A stretch of DNA of 64,000 nucleotides, taken from the NCBI RefSeq assembly GCF_036321535.1, contig NC_087438.1, positions 98,704,001 through 98,768,000 on the forward strand, read 5' to 3'. The DNA is from Camelus dromedarius. Lineage: Eukaryota. This document shows, one piece after another, positions 37,091 to 49,842 of the stretch. The first letter of the stretch is position 1. Each line of letters starts with the position of its first letter. Position numbers and translations under genes: made by a program. Under the pieces are notes generated by a model. It saw nothing but the letters and a program-made list of their open reading frames with translations. It had not been told where the DNA came from and ran no database searches.

Positions 37091-37929
37091 ACTGGGTGAG
37101 AGATGTTTATAGAACTGTCTCAGAATAGGGCAGAGTGTGTAGATATACGTGCCTCATATGAATGCTCCCTAAATGCTCAACACCGCGGTTGTGAATTTTA
37201 AAACTGAAATTAGAAAGTTCAACTATGTGGCTTTTTACTTTAAAAACACTTCCATAATGCTTACTATGTGTCAAGCATAGTTCTTAGCACTTTACAAATA
37301 TTAAATGTTTAATCCATAAGGTATTGAACAGCCCTTTCCCTACTATGGTAGCATTTGATGGGCCATGTACAAAGTGACCATGGCGGGGGGAAGGACGTTA
37401 TACAATAGATAGGTTCAACAAAATGAACATCTCTTCATCAAGAGATGTGGTTACCACCAACATTGCTGTGTGCCAATCTGTCATCAGCAGAGACCAATGT
37501 CAAGTCCATACCCTAGGGAGATAGCCAGCCACTGGATGTCAGGTTAATTACCCTGGACTCATGGCCAAGGCAGTGATTTGACCTCATTGACACAGACGTT
37601 TATTCTGGACATGGATTTGCCTTCCTGCCCTCAGTGCCTGAGCCAGCACCACCTCTATAAAATTACTGAAAAGCAAAATGGTTAGATAAAACTTTTTAAC
37701 TCATGATAGCATATTAGCTTTAATGCTTAGAGATTTATCTTTAAATAGATAAATATATTACATTTTAGCTTCTCATGTAAAAACACATGTAGCCATTCTT
37801 CCAAATACAAATTTCAAAATAAGTTGTTTTATGTCTTTTATCAACATAAGATTTATATTTTAAAATAAATCAAATAATTTTAAATGGCTTTAATTAATTG
37901 GCTGCTTGAAGTATATCTTTTCCAAATAT

Positions 37930-38415
37930 ATTGATGGGGTTCAGGATACACTACCCCAAAACACCTTAGCATACTGAATATTTTAACCTGAAGGAATTTG
38001 AGAAATGGCATGTGCATGAAGGACTTTCCGGCCCTCCCCTGAAGCAGGTCATAAAACCCTCAATTTGGCCAAGGTGGGGGTCCCTCTATACCTTGAGGAA
38101 AAGTGCATCCTTATCTCTGAAGACAAAGGGACATAGAGAGGAATCTGAACAAAGAGGCCTTGCTAAATTCCTCCAGTTTATTATACTCAGCTCAAACCTT
38201 CCATCTTAATGTGTTTTCCCATGACTTTCCCTTCTTCATCAAACCTAATATAAAAACACTCAGGTTTAACTATTTCTTCCAGTGTGCATTTCCTTATGAA
38301 GGTCCCATGTCACATAAAACTTAAATAAGTTTTTATGCTTTATTCTTGTTAATGTGTCTTTGTTACATGGGTCGCAGATAAGAACTTAGAAGTATAGAGG
38401 AAAAGGTGTTTTTCC
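37930..38415 (+). mobile_element. ERV1-class solo LTR (MER31/MER34-like)
   Basis: Starts tgatggggttcaggatacactaccccaaaa...gaatattttaacctgaaggaatttgagaaa; ends with an LTR-like U5 segment. Confidence 0.55.
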
Positions 38416-40288
38416 TTTCCTATAATACATTGAGACCAAATTAAATATCCTTTTATAACTTTCTCTAGTTGATAATCCATTTACATAAATATAGAACTCA
38501 AATGTCATAAGTCTTAGAAGAATCAAATTCTTGTCTTTAAGTACAGATTTACACATATTAAAATACGTTATAATTTAAAAGTGATAAATACAGAATAAAC
38601 ATGGATAAAAAACTTAAAGTTGTAATTAACTCTGAATTTTAAGTTCTATAATACCTCCTGCCATCTTCTGATCAGAATCCTGGTTGTTTTCTAGATGAGT
38701 ATGCATATGTAAAGGAGTTCTTTGGGGACAGATATGCCACTTTTATTTCTTAAGAACTTTGACACGTAGTACTTTCTGTTTACCTTAAGAGTCCTTAAGA
38801 CTCTTCAATCAGTATTTCCACAAGCATATTCTTATATCTTCAGGATATGTTCATTGAGACTGGAAAATCTATCTCCTGTGATCCTCAAGGATATACCTAA
38901 GATGCAAAATCTTATCTCAAGTTATTTACAATGAATCCATTTTCATTAAGAATCTATAGCTTTTACACGCACGTTAGATATGCCAAAGTTCAAAGCATTT
39001 CTTAGCCTCCATACTTTAAACATGAAGTATTTCTACTTTTCAGCCTAGGTTCAACCTGAGTGAATTTGGGTTTACCCAGGGGACTCTTATACACTCAGAG
39101 GAAGAACACGGTCAAACTAAGTTCACCCTTGGGTCAGAGATTCCATTTTACTGAGATTTTATACCTTTTGCCTGGGTAACTGCACTTGGGAAAGTGGATT
39201 ACCCAGACATCTCAAGGCAGGTGACATACAGTTCTTGAGAAGCCTCTGATAAGAGGTGACCTAAAATACCATAATGGTCCTCCAGTTATAACAGAGGGTT
39301 ATATAGATCAAGAGATGAATGGAATTTAGGCCCATATCCATTTCAAAATGGGTTCAAAGAATCCACAGACCTGCCATGTGATTATTTCCCAGGTCCCTGA
39401 GTGTTTAATTGGAATAGATACACTCATCAGCTGGAAGAACCCTGTGCAAAAAAGAGTTACTGTGGCAGACCTAATACTCTAACCCTAGAAAACCGTGCTT
39501 GCAAGATTGGCCCTTGGCTGTTATCTGGAAACTTGAATTTGAGGAACATTTCCACTGTCCTTCACTACTCACTGGCTTTCTTGGAATTCTGAACTCACAG
39601 ATCCTAATTGCCTGGGCCTGACCCTAAGCTAAAATCTGATACTACCTTCTAAGAGCCATTTCAGTTTTAGTATGAGCCGTGCTAAACGGAAAGCAGGCCC
39701 AGGGTCAATAAAGGGATCACGGACTCTGTGACTGTTGCAGATTGAGGTTACCCCTTTGTGGGGCCTTAAACAGTGACAATATCATGGATGCTGCCTGGAC
39801 CATTTGAGCCACTTACAGATGCCCACAGGAAAGGGCTAATTTTCTGATGAAGCTGTCTGAAATCGAGTTGCTAATTATCGCTATGTTTCTGATGTAGAGG
39901 GAGATACAGAGACTGCACTTCTAACTTGTGAGTACTGTGGAAAGCTGCAAGCTAAGGAAAGGCACATCACAACAACTGTGACCCCTCCACCCAGTACGGA
40001 CAGATCAGACTCTGGACCCCTAATGGGGGGGATGTTTTAGTGCTGCTGACTTAGGTTCAGATTTCTAGATTGGCTGCAGTTTCCCTCAGTGAACTGATAG
40101 TGTGACTTATTTCCCTTACCTTTTTCCTGGTACACATATCTTATTAAGGCAATTTGACTTTTAAATATAATTGTTTCCAGAAAGAGATTGATCTGTGTTA
40201 ATCCATTTTGAAATCCTTTGAAAATTTAGTCTATCATCATGACCAATTCCTTAACACGATATGACTTTCTAAATTAAGTTATATAAGC

Positions 40289-40430
40289 GGGGAGGATATA
40301 GCTCAGTGGTAAATTGCGTGTTTAGCATACACAAGGTCCTGGGGTTCAATCCCCAGTACTTCCATTAAATAAATAAACCTAATTACCACCCCCCAAAAAA
40401 AACAAACAAAAAAAGAAAGAAAAGAAAATC
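40289..40430 (+). mobile_element. tRNA-derived SINE, camelid Vic-1-like
   Basis: ggggaggatatagctcagtggt (A box), ggttcaatcccc (B box), tail aaataaataaacctaattacc and an A-rich end. Probable 16-bp target-site duplication aaattaagtta(t/c)ataa at 40271-40286 and 40459-40474. Confidence 0.85.
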
Positions 40431-40598
40431 AGCTATACTTCAATACAAATTTTTTAATAAATTAAGTTACATAAAAATGTTTTCTGTGAAAATGCCTCTG
40501 ACCCTTTTGCATACAACCCTTCCAGACAAAAGATCTGAGTAAGTCTAGGGGATGACTAAAAAAAATCAAGTTATAATTGCTGAGTGGGACACATTGGG

Positions 40599-40735
40599 TT
40601 TTTTGTTTGTTTGTTTTGGGGGGAGGGAACTAATTTGATTGATTGATTGATTTTTTAAGGGAGGTACTGGGGATTGAACCCAGGACCTCATGCATGCTAA
40701 GCATGAGCTCTACCACTTTGCGCTATACCCTCCCC
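40599..40735 (-). mobile_element. tRNA-derived SINE, camelid Vic-1-like
   Basis: The reverse complement reads ggggagggtatagcgcaaagtggtagagctcatgcttagcatgcatgaggtcctgggttcaatccccagtacctccc, then (aatc)n and an A-rich tail. Confidence 0.85.
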
Positions 40736-40930
40736 ACACTGGTTTTTTAACAATGAAGAAAATACATCTAGTACCTGGGGAGGCACAGATTCAGAGGACA
40801 TTAATGATCTTTTTTTTTTTTCAGAACTGTTCCTGGAAGCTTCCCTCTCTTCTTGAAGGTAAACTCCACAGGCTGCCTTCCTAAACTGCTGTGAGCATTC
40901 TGAATTCAAACGGACTGCTGAGCCCACAAC

Positions 40931-40947
40931 CACACCAGGCGGCGCTG
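40931..40947 (+). promoter_or_regulatory. Candidate orphan forward CTCF / CSE-like site
   Basis: cacaccaggcggcgctg closely matches the CTCF core CCASYAGRKGGCRSY and contains the CGCT box. No intact gene follows. Binding is untested. Confidence 0.5.
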
Positions 40948-41299
40948 ACTACGAGGCAGCAGAGAATGGCTCCAGCTCCCGCACTTCCCATGCAGAATGC
41001 TTCCAGATGTTGTCCGTACACAGGAGGTGGAGAAACTGATATTATAGACAAGCAAGACAGCTTGGAACTGACTGTCTTGGGAGGTCCCTTTCAGACTGGA
41101 TTGTTTGGACTGAACTATCATGATACTGCCTCAGCCCTACAAGGCATTTGAGTCAGCTTCAACGTACCGACCAGAGTTGTGCTGTGTCTGAGTTGATGCC
41201 TTGGGCCAGGTAAAAAGATTACAACAAAAACTGAAGCAGGAAGATACCTGGCTTTCTAAGATAGGCCTTTATGGTTAGTGAGATTTGTTTAACTGGCCA

Positions 41300-43050
41300 A
41301 ATCTAGGACCTGCAACTGCTGTACTTAGAAAGACCTTCTGGCAAGGCTGGCCCTTTGTTTGCATCTAGGATTTGGATTTTAGGAGTGTCCCCAGCATTTC
41401 ATAACTGATGTAGGTGGTTTATTGTGCCCTAACTGTATATACAGACGATGTAGTTTATGCTAGGCAGGGGATGCCCATGTGACCAGCACCCAATAAAACC
41501 CCCCGATTTCTAGACTCAGGTAAGCTTCCCTGGTAGACAACACTTCATATACATTGTTAAAATTTGATGCTGGAAGAATTAGCACATTCTATGTGAATCC
41601 AAGGGGAGAGGATTCTTAGAAATTTGTATCTACTCTCCTCCAGACTTTCTCCTGTGCACATTTAATCCCTTTGCTGATTTTTCTTTGTATCCTTCTACTG
41701 TATTCCTTTACATACTCATATACATGAGTATGATTACATGCTGAGTCTCAGGAGTCTTTCTAGCAAATCACCAAACCTGGGGATGGTCTTAGGGACCTCC
41801 AAGGCCAAACCCTTTCATTTGTTCCCTGACTGGTAGAGTAAGAAACATTACAGCGGAAAACCTGAAATTTCCCTTTCCCTAGCCAAGATAGTAGATCATA
41901 AGTAACATTGCATCCTAATAAGAATTTCAGAGATTAGCACTACATCCTAAAACTTAAAGCATGCAGAGGTAATAGTCTGCATCATATCCTCATTTACTTC
42001 ACCTGTTCACCCCGACTATGATGGCTCATAGTGATGACAGTGGACTGCAATTTACTGAACCAATTAGTTGCTCCGATTACAGCTGCCATACCAGTGGTTA
42101 TCTTTACTGAAGTAGATCAATATGACCTTTAGCACTTGGTGGGTGGCTGTTTTCCTGATGAACGCATTCATCTTAAATCCATCAGTGAATGAAATCAAAA
42201 GCATTTCATCTTCTCATTACAGGATAGCAAAACACATTCACTGTCTTGCCCCAGAGCTATGTGAACTCTTTTACTTTCTTTTGTAACATACTCCACAAAG
42301 ACCTCAACATTGAACCTTCTGCAGAACATAATGTTAGACTACTGTGTTGATGACATTGTGCTAATTGGGCCTAATGAGCAGTAAACGAAAAGGACCCTGG
42401 ATGACTTAGCAGGCCCATGTATGTCAAAGAGCAAAAGATTAGCCCCATGAAAATTAAGGGGCCTGCCCCATCAGAGATGATGCTAGGGGCCTGGGCATGC
42501 CAGGAAATTCCCCTGAGGTAAAATACAAGTTATCGCTTGCATCCCCTGCCACTAAGGAAGAGGCACTGTTTTGGGGGACCTCTTTAGATTTTAGAGGCAA
42601 CATATATCATATGTGGAACTCAAAATGCTGCAAGGTTTAAGCAGGGCCTGGAGTAAGAAAAAAGATATGTAGGAGATCAAGGCTATAATACTAGCCAATC
42701 TAATGTGACCTAGTCAATCTGAAGTTGCTAGAAGTGCCCATGGTGGTTAAGGATGCTGTGTGGAGTTTCCAGGAAGCCACAGTAGGAGAATTATAATGCA
42801 AACCTTATAGTGGAGATCCATGCCTTCTATAGCAATTAACTTCTCTGTGTTTATATAGATGCTGTCATGCTCCTGAGCCCTAGTAGAGACTGAGTGGCTG
42901 ACTATGGGACACTAAATGATCATCATGCCATCAGAGGTGCTCATCGTGGGCTGGTATCATCAGAGCCTTAACCTTAAACATAAGGTTAGGTAGGTATAGG
43001 AGCTGAGCAGTAGCAAATGAATTTGCTGGTTGGCTTAGCACCTGGAAGCC
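41300..43050 (+). mobile_element. ERVL-class LTR (MER21/68/77-like) plus pol fragment
   Basis: LTR with ccaataaaacccc and a terminal ggggatggtcttagggacctcc. Positions 42340-42381 translate YCVDDIVLIGPNEQ, a degenerate RT YxDD motif. Confidence 0.65.
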
Positions 43051-43079
43051 TGTGGCTTAGCACAATCATTATATTAGAG

Positions 43080-45440
43080 ACAAGAAAACTGATTTACTGA
43101 ACAAATATAAAGGATCAAATTCAGCAAGTACAAAATGCATGTTATTTTCTTCATAATTTATAAAAATTGACTATATTGTATGCAAAAAAAGTTTCAACCA
43201 ATAGCTAAAGAGGGAAATTATATGAGCATATAATCTGACCACAATGAAATTAAGCTAGAAATTAATAACAAAAAACATGTTTAGAATATCCCTATGTTTG
43301 GAAATGTTAAAATTCAATTAAAAATAACCTGTGGGTTGAAGAAAGCATCACACTCAAATTAGAAGTTATTTTGAACTGAATTATTTTGATATATCATAAC
43401 AAAACATGTAGGATGCAGTTAAGCGGTATTTAGAGAAAAGCCAATAACCTGGAATAAATACATTAGAAAAAGGGAAAGGCTGAAGATTAATGAGTTAATT
43501 ATCCTACTCAAGAATGAAAAAAAAACAAAAGACAATAAAGCCAAAAGAGGACAAGGAAGAAAATAATTAAAAAGAAAGTAATGAAAAATCCAAAAGAGAG
43601 AATCAAAATATCTAAAAGTCCATTCTTTGAAACATTAATAAAATTGCCAAATCTCTGGCAATATACAATAAAACTAGAGGGAAGACACAAATAACCAATA
43701 TCAGAAATTGAAATGGGAATAGCAACTCAAATATTGTAGACACAGGCAATAAAAAGGTAATAATAAAATATACACACGACTATGCCAACAAGCAAAAAAA
43801 TTAATTGGAATAAACAAACTCCTAGAAATAATATATTAACCAAACTGATTCATCAATATTAGAAAAAACAGAAGAGTATGATAACTATTAAGTAAGTTTA
43901 AATTGTGGACTAGCTGATTGTGAGTACTACAAATAATTCGAGGAAGAAATAATTCCAATCTTATACAAATTCTACCATAGAATAGGGAGAAAAAAAGGAG
44001 AAATGTTCAATTAAAAATGGTTTTCCATACAGGAAAAGATTAAACTGGGTCTTAATTTGAAAATCAACTCCAAATGGATCTAAGACTCAAATATCAAAAA
44101 CAAAAACAACTTTCAAGTTCTTGGTGGAAAATACAGGTAAATATATTTTAGACTTTGGGGTAGAAATAATTTCTTTAAAAAGATAATGACCATAGAATAA
44201 AAGATTAGTACATTTGTAACAAAATCAAGAACTTTCATTCATCAACAGACATTTTAAGATGTGAAAAGGTACAAACCAGGAGAGGATACTCACCATATAC
44301 ACACTGACAAAGAATTAATGTGAAGAATATATAAAGAATTCCTGCAAACTAATGTAAACAAAAATAACAATTGAAAAATGATAAAAGATGTGAACAGACT
44401 TTTCACAGAAGAAACATATAACCAAATAGACACTCAGATATTATTTTGCTGTAATGAGAGAAATACAGATCAAAACCAAGATAAGATAGATTTTTTTACA
44501 CACGTTTGACAAAATTTTAAAAGCTTGACAATGCCAAATATTGGAAAGCATGTGGCTACAAGAGATTCAGTCCTATATATTGTGAGTGTGAAAATCAGTG
44601 CAAGTACTTTGCAGAATAGTTGAATATTATCTATTAAATTTAACAATTACTCCTAGATAAATACTTGAGAGTCCCAGAATTTATATTTCTAGTTATATAC
44701 CCAAGAGAAATTCTTGCACATTTACATCAGGAGGTAGATATAAGAATATTTACATTGACAATGGGCAATAGGAGCAAAAATCAGGAAACATTCCATATGC
44801 CTGACAATGGAACGAATAAACTATGGTATATTCACAAAACGGAATGTTTTACAGTAGCCTAAATAAATGAACTCCAGTAATACAAGATTATTGGACTTTA
44901 ACAATAAATATTAAGTGAAAAAATATAAGTACCAAAGAATCATATACATTATTTTATCCTTACTATAAAATTTAAAACAACTAGATGAAAAATATATATA
45001 TGGGGGGGTAACATATAATACAGGAAAAACATTTGAAAGAGCAAAGAATGATGCATATAGAATTCTGGATAATATCCTCATTTGGTGGGGAGCAGGGAGA
45101 GGTGGGAGGGACCATTTGTATGGTTAGATGTAGATTACTACCAAGGTCCTCCTTTGTGGGGAGGTGATTTGTTCACAAATTCTTATTACTATTTTGATAG
45201 ATAATTACATATATAGATAAGCAGCTAAATGATATTGGAAAGGTAAGTAAATAAAAAATGCAGATCATGTATGGACTATGATGACAGTTTATCATAATCC
45301 AGTTCTGTGAACTTGAGGTCCAACAGGATAAAAATAAAACAAAACAGCACATGTGATAGAATAGAAAGCACACTGAATCTCCAGTGAAGTATTCCTGCCA
45401 AAAATGTTTAAACTCAAACAAGCCTTTAGACTTTCAAGGA
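43080..45440 (+). mobile_element. Old L1 (L1M/L1ME) ORF2 and 3' fragments
   Basis: A-rich degenerate L1 strings (atctgaccacaatgaaattaagctagaaattaataac; atcaactccaaatggatc; tagttatatacccaagagaaatt). Confidence 0.75.
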
Positions 45441-45759
45441 GTGGAAGTCCTGAAACCCAGGAGCCTTCCTACCTAGTTCTTGGTGGTAAGAGAGCAGAAT
45501 CAACCCGGAGGAAAAACGCCTGCATATAGAGCAAGGCTCTTATCATCGTGCATCAGCTTTGACTCCAAACGGCAAAGTGAAGTGGAAAGGCAAGTGTAAA
45601 AGAGAAGGAGAGAATAGAAAAATAAAGAGCAGTGTGCTAAAATCCTTAAATCCATTACAGAAGACAGTCATGGCACCACAACAGCCTCTGAGCCCAGAAC
45701 TGAAGACTAACCCTGCTGTGAGGCCTCTTCACGACTAAATGAGCACCTGAGTCCGAGAA

Positions 45760-46560
45760 GATTCCCATGACTGGTGCCAAGGAGATAGGGGAGGACTTTT
45801 GTGGGCAATATCTCCAAAAACCTAGATCAGGAACGCAGAGTGTGGAGAAGAGTTTTCCATTCTTCTAAAGGCAGAAGGGACCCTTTGCTCCCAATGCACA
45901 CCCAAAAAGCCATTTGTAAATCAATCAGCAAAGAAGTTAAATGGAAGGATGCCCTGATTAATGTCTGCTGAGAGTCCAGGTTGCTGAGGAGGACCCAGTG
46001 AAACTGATTTAGGCTGGTGCAGAAATTCTCACTATATAGACAGTTAATCTGGCTTCCCTGTAGCAGAAATAATACTCTTTCTGGGGACAATTTTTTCCCT
46101 TACAGAATGTGCAGGATTGTTAACAGATCTCAATTTTCTACAAAACTACTTACCCACCTGTGAAATTTTTCATCTCAAGGTGCAGACTAAAGCCAGCAAT
46201 GCCCAATGTTGTGAACTAGTTTTGAAAAAGCCATGATATCTGCTGCAACAAACAGAACATCAGAACAATGACCTCCACCAACCTTAAAGAGGTAGGGACA
46301 CCAGAAGAGTCTAGTCTGCCTTTTAAACATCACGGACATCATTCACAAGGGGCCTGTATTTAAGTGCTGGTATTAGGAGGGAGCTAAAAACACCATGGAT
46401 GGTGGAGTTCAAAAGGCAGGCCGCAGATTTGGATGATAATTCCAACACTAAAATAATTTGCTTTCTAAAAAGATTCTCAGAGAAGATGTCTCGACCATTC
46501 CATATGAACCTGGAGAGATCAGACACCAGAGAGTCACAGACTTTGAAAACAGGGATTTTC
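45760..46560 (+). pseudogene. Highly decayed clustered-protocadherin (gamma-A-like) variable-exon relic
   Basis: Colinear motifs across frameshifts: FVGNISKNL (45798), EDPVKLI*AGAEIL, GQFFPLQNVQD (46085), LQNYLPTCEIFHLKVQT...ELVLKKP (46138-46233), ITDIIHKGPVF, AADLDDNSN (46420), PGEIRHQRVTDFE (46509). These follow EC1-EC3 order. Confidence 0.75.
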
Positions 46561-48004
46561 AAAGCTCAGATTTAGGCATCAGAAATATGGATTTGATCAA
46601 TTTAAATCTTAGAAATAAATACCATCTGCATTCTGCTTTAATCCAGGCCTGCTTGAATGAAGCCCCACTAAGTAGCTGCTGACTGTTTATGTATGTAATA
46701 TATAACTTAAATGTATAAATAAAGTAAAGTAGAAAATTGTTTTCTTTTAAAGAAAAAATAAATGGAAGACCAGGTATTGCTCTGGAGCTTACCTGGCATA
46801 AGACTGAGCATCCTTTCCCACAAATGTCTGCCGCAGCCCCCATTTGTCAACATCTCATTACCCTGACCCTCTTGCCTCTGGCAACATGGCTAGAGTTACC
46901 ACAAAGGCATCACAAATAGCAAAAAGATGAAGGAATTAGAGATTCCATGTCAGTTTTACATTCTGCCAGCAATGATAGACACACTTGCTATGGAATATTA
47001 AGATTGGGAGCCAGCCTGTTTTCAGCTTTACAGGCTGCTTAAGAACACTTCTTAATGAGAGAAGCTCTACTGGTCTGGATCAGCAAGGAATGATGAGGCT
47101 TACTTTAATGATGACAAGAATGACCATGGGGTCAAAGAACAGGTGCTCATCACAGGTCTGTGGGGATCAGATGAACTGCGGTTTTTTGGTTTTGGTTTTT
47201 GTCAGTGCCTATATACATACATATAGCATAGTTTAATAAAATGGCTTTTCTTATGTTTGATTTATAAAGTCATATCCTATATGTAGTCATCAATAAAATT
47301 CACTGATGGCCAGTACCAAAGTTAGAGGGTTCCAACTCTGTAAAAAAAAAAAAAAATGACAAGGAGTTATGGACCCTGTGGTAAACTTCAGGATGGATCA
47401 GCCCTAACATTAATCACTGTGGACTGCAAGCAGTAAGTTCTGTCTAGTTCTGTCTGAGAGGAGAGGGTTTCATCCACTAGTAATGTCACTTGATCATCAC
47501 CAGCGAACAAAACATTCTCTTGGCTTTGGCACCCTCTGTTCCCTGGGTTTCTGACTGGTGAAGACAGGGAGGACAGTGAATGATCTAAAGTGGGTCAACA
47601 TCCCCTAAATGGGCCAACAGTACATCACAGAATCCAACCCGGGGCCAGGACCCAGAGACTGGAAGCTAAGAACTGTTGTGAGCTACATGGGTCTTCATCA
47701 AAGCATAGCACAGCCCCATCCCTCACTTCTTCCTCAGTCTAAACTTCAGCAGAGAGGAAGCTCTTTGGGAGAGGAGAGGAAGGAAACTTGGTACAATAAG
47801 GGCCAGGATACGTCCCAAAGGCTTAATGCTCTAGGCCACACTAAACTAAGAGTGTGGAATATGAGCCCACTTTGAAAATGAACAGCATAATTTTAAGAAT
47901 AGAGGATCCTGGAGAAATTCAGGATGCCTCATCTGAAACTTTAACTCAAGAATGTGGAAGCAACACCAGTATGCAGGTATATTCTCTTTAAAATCTAGAT
48001 GGGA

Positions 48005-48380
48005 AAAAAGATGAAATCTTGCCATTTGCAACATCACGGATGGACCTTGAGGGTATTATGGTAAGTGAAGTAAGTCAGATGGAGAAAGACAAATACCGTA
48101 TTATTTCACTCATCTGGAATATGAAAAACAAACAAAAACCAAAATAAATGAACAAACCCAACCCAAACAAAACAAGCATGTAGTTACAGAGAACAGAGTT
48201 GTGGCTATCAGAGGAGAGGGATGGGAAGAGGGCAAAGTGGATGAAGGGGCTCAACTCTATGGTGATGGATGAAAAATATATTTTTGGTGGTGAGCACATT
48301 ATAGGGTATACAGTAGAAAAATAATGTATAGATGAAACAATGTTACATCAATAAAAAATAAACACTGTAGATGCAAAAAA
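48005..48380 (+). mobile_element. L1 3'-end fragment (L1MA-type)
   Basis: gatgaaatcttgccatttgcaacatcacggatggaccttgagggtattatg...aagtcagatggagaaagacaaatac; flanked by TSD-like aaaatc(t/a)agatggg. Confidence 0.8.
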
Positions 48381-48936
48381 AATCAAGATGGGTATTTTGG
48401 TTTTCACACACACAAAAACTTTTTAAAAACTTTTAATTGGCTAGTATAGTGCACATGTTAAGCAGAGTTTTAAAGAGACCCTACATCTTGAATGGATTAA
48501 GCAATCATTTATAACCATCTTCATGAATCATAGTTAATTGTTTTCACGGGGACATGAGATTAAATATGGAACCAAACTGTGATTTACTCACAACACATAA
48601 TCAACCAAACTGCAGGCACATGTGCAGATTTATGCAAAAGTCCCGGTACAACTATATTTACCCTTTGAGATTAAGTACATAGTACCCACTCACTCTGATA
48701 TCCCACTAAACATAAGAGCAACTTTTCTATTTCAATACAATTATAGGCAGAAACTATATGACATAAAATAGAAGTGTTTCCATAAAGTTTAAGATTTAGA
48801 GTATAAGAAGAGAAGACAAAAACAAAATTTCCATGAAGTCAAAAATAATTCCGCATTGGTCCGGTGCTCCATGAAACCCTGAGATAAACTATAGTCCTCA
48901 AAGATGTGTACTTGGATCAGAGTTCACCAAGACACT

Positions 48937-49842
48937 TCAGTATGCTTCACAGTGGCTCATCATCATCTTCCTGCTGTATTCATAAGCCAAAAACAGTGAC
49001 CCATTGGCAGGGAACGCTCGAACCAAAGTAGCTTTCAGTCCAGAATATAAGGCTGCTACTCCTTCATTTTTCACAACACTTACAAGAGTTCTGATAAATC
49101 CTGCCTGTTTTCCAAACATGGAAAGAACCTGAATTCTGGATTTGATACAATCCACGGGGTATATGACAAGCCAAAGACAAATTCCAGCAATACCACCACT
49201 TAACATCAAGGGAACAGGGCCAAGTTCATCTTTGGATCCTCCTGAAGCAAAAAATGATCGGCTCAGTTCATACCCACCGAAGAAGAAGAAGTAGCCCGGT
49301 ACTTCTTGAAGTAGAGTGCTCGAAAGTCCACGGTAGAAGCCCAAGGGTCCATCCTTTCTAAGGATACTCTTCACGACGGACCAGACTGTATTATGGCTTT
49401 TTGCTATCCTCCCTGACATCTCCATCTCGTGCATGGTCTGCAGCCGGCACTTCACAAGCTCAGTGGGGCACAGGGCCAGCGCGGCAAACGCGGAGGCGAA
49501 GGAACCCGCGGCCGCAGTCTGCAGATCACTCAGCTTTGCCTGCTTGTCCAATCCAACCACTTTACTCACAAACTGCTGGCAGAAGCCGTAGCACATAAAG
49601 AGGACGGAGTTCTCTGCGACGTAGGCCATCAGCGCTGGGCCCGTCCCCTTGTAGAAGCCCCGCAAGCCCACTTGGGAGTACGTCTTCAAGCAGCAGTCGA
49701 TGAGGCCCTTGTACAGGCCAGGGAACGTCTGCATCTTCACTTTCATGGTGTCGAAGGGCTGCCCGGTCAGGACGCAGGCTGTGCCCCCGAGGGCCCCCGC
49801 GGTGAGGTCGATGGCGGCTTGGATGGCAGGATTGGACTCCAT
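48937..49842 (-). CDS. SLC25A2: Mitochondrial ornithine transporter 2 (ORNT2/ORC2), 301 aa, intronless
   Basis: Three carrier signature motifs (PFDTMK, PTELVK, PVDCIK). Residues E77, Q179, E180, W224 and R275 are present, and Q179 distinguishes ORC2 from ORC1 (R179). The intronless CDS and position between the beta and gamma clusters are established for SLC25A2. Confidence 0.97.
   Translation of the reverse strand: MESNPAIQAAIDLTAGALGGTACVLTGQPFDTMKVKMQTFPGLYKGLIDCCLKTYSQVGLRGFYKGTGPALMAYVAENSVLFMCYGFCQQFVSKVVGLDKQAKLSDLQTAAAGSFASAFAALALCPTELVKCRLQTMHEMEMSGRIAKSHNTVWSVVKSILRKDGPLGFYRGLSSTLLQEVPGYFFFFGGYELSRSFFASGGSKDELGPVPLMLSGGIAGICLWLVIYPVDCIKSRIQVLSMFGKQAGFIRTLVSVVKNEGVAALYSGLKATLVRAFPANGSLFLAYEYSRKMMMSHCEAY

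Noticed and set aside
40289-40735. tRNA genes
   Set aside because: A and B boxes are present, but the sequences have SINE tails, a TSD and no proper cloverleaf, so they are tRNA-derived SINEs.
40960-41151. A Pcdh exon downstream of the orphan CTCF motif (ATG GCT CCA...)
   Set aside because: I found no signal-peptide, IRY or cadherin motifs in the frames I read.
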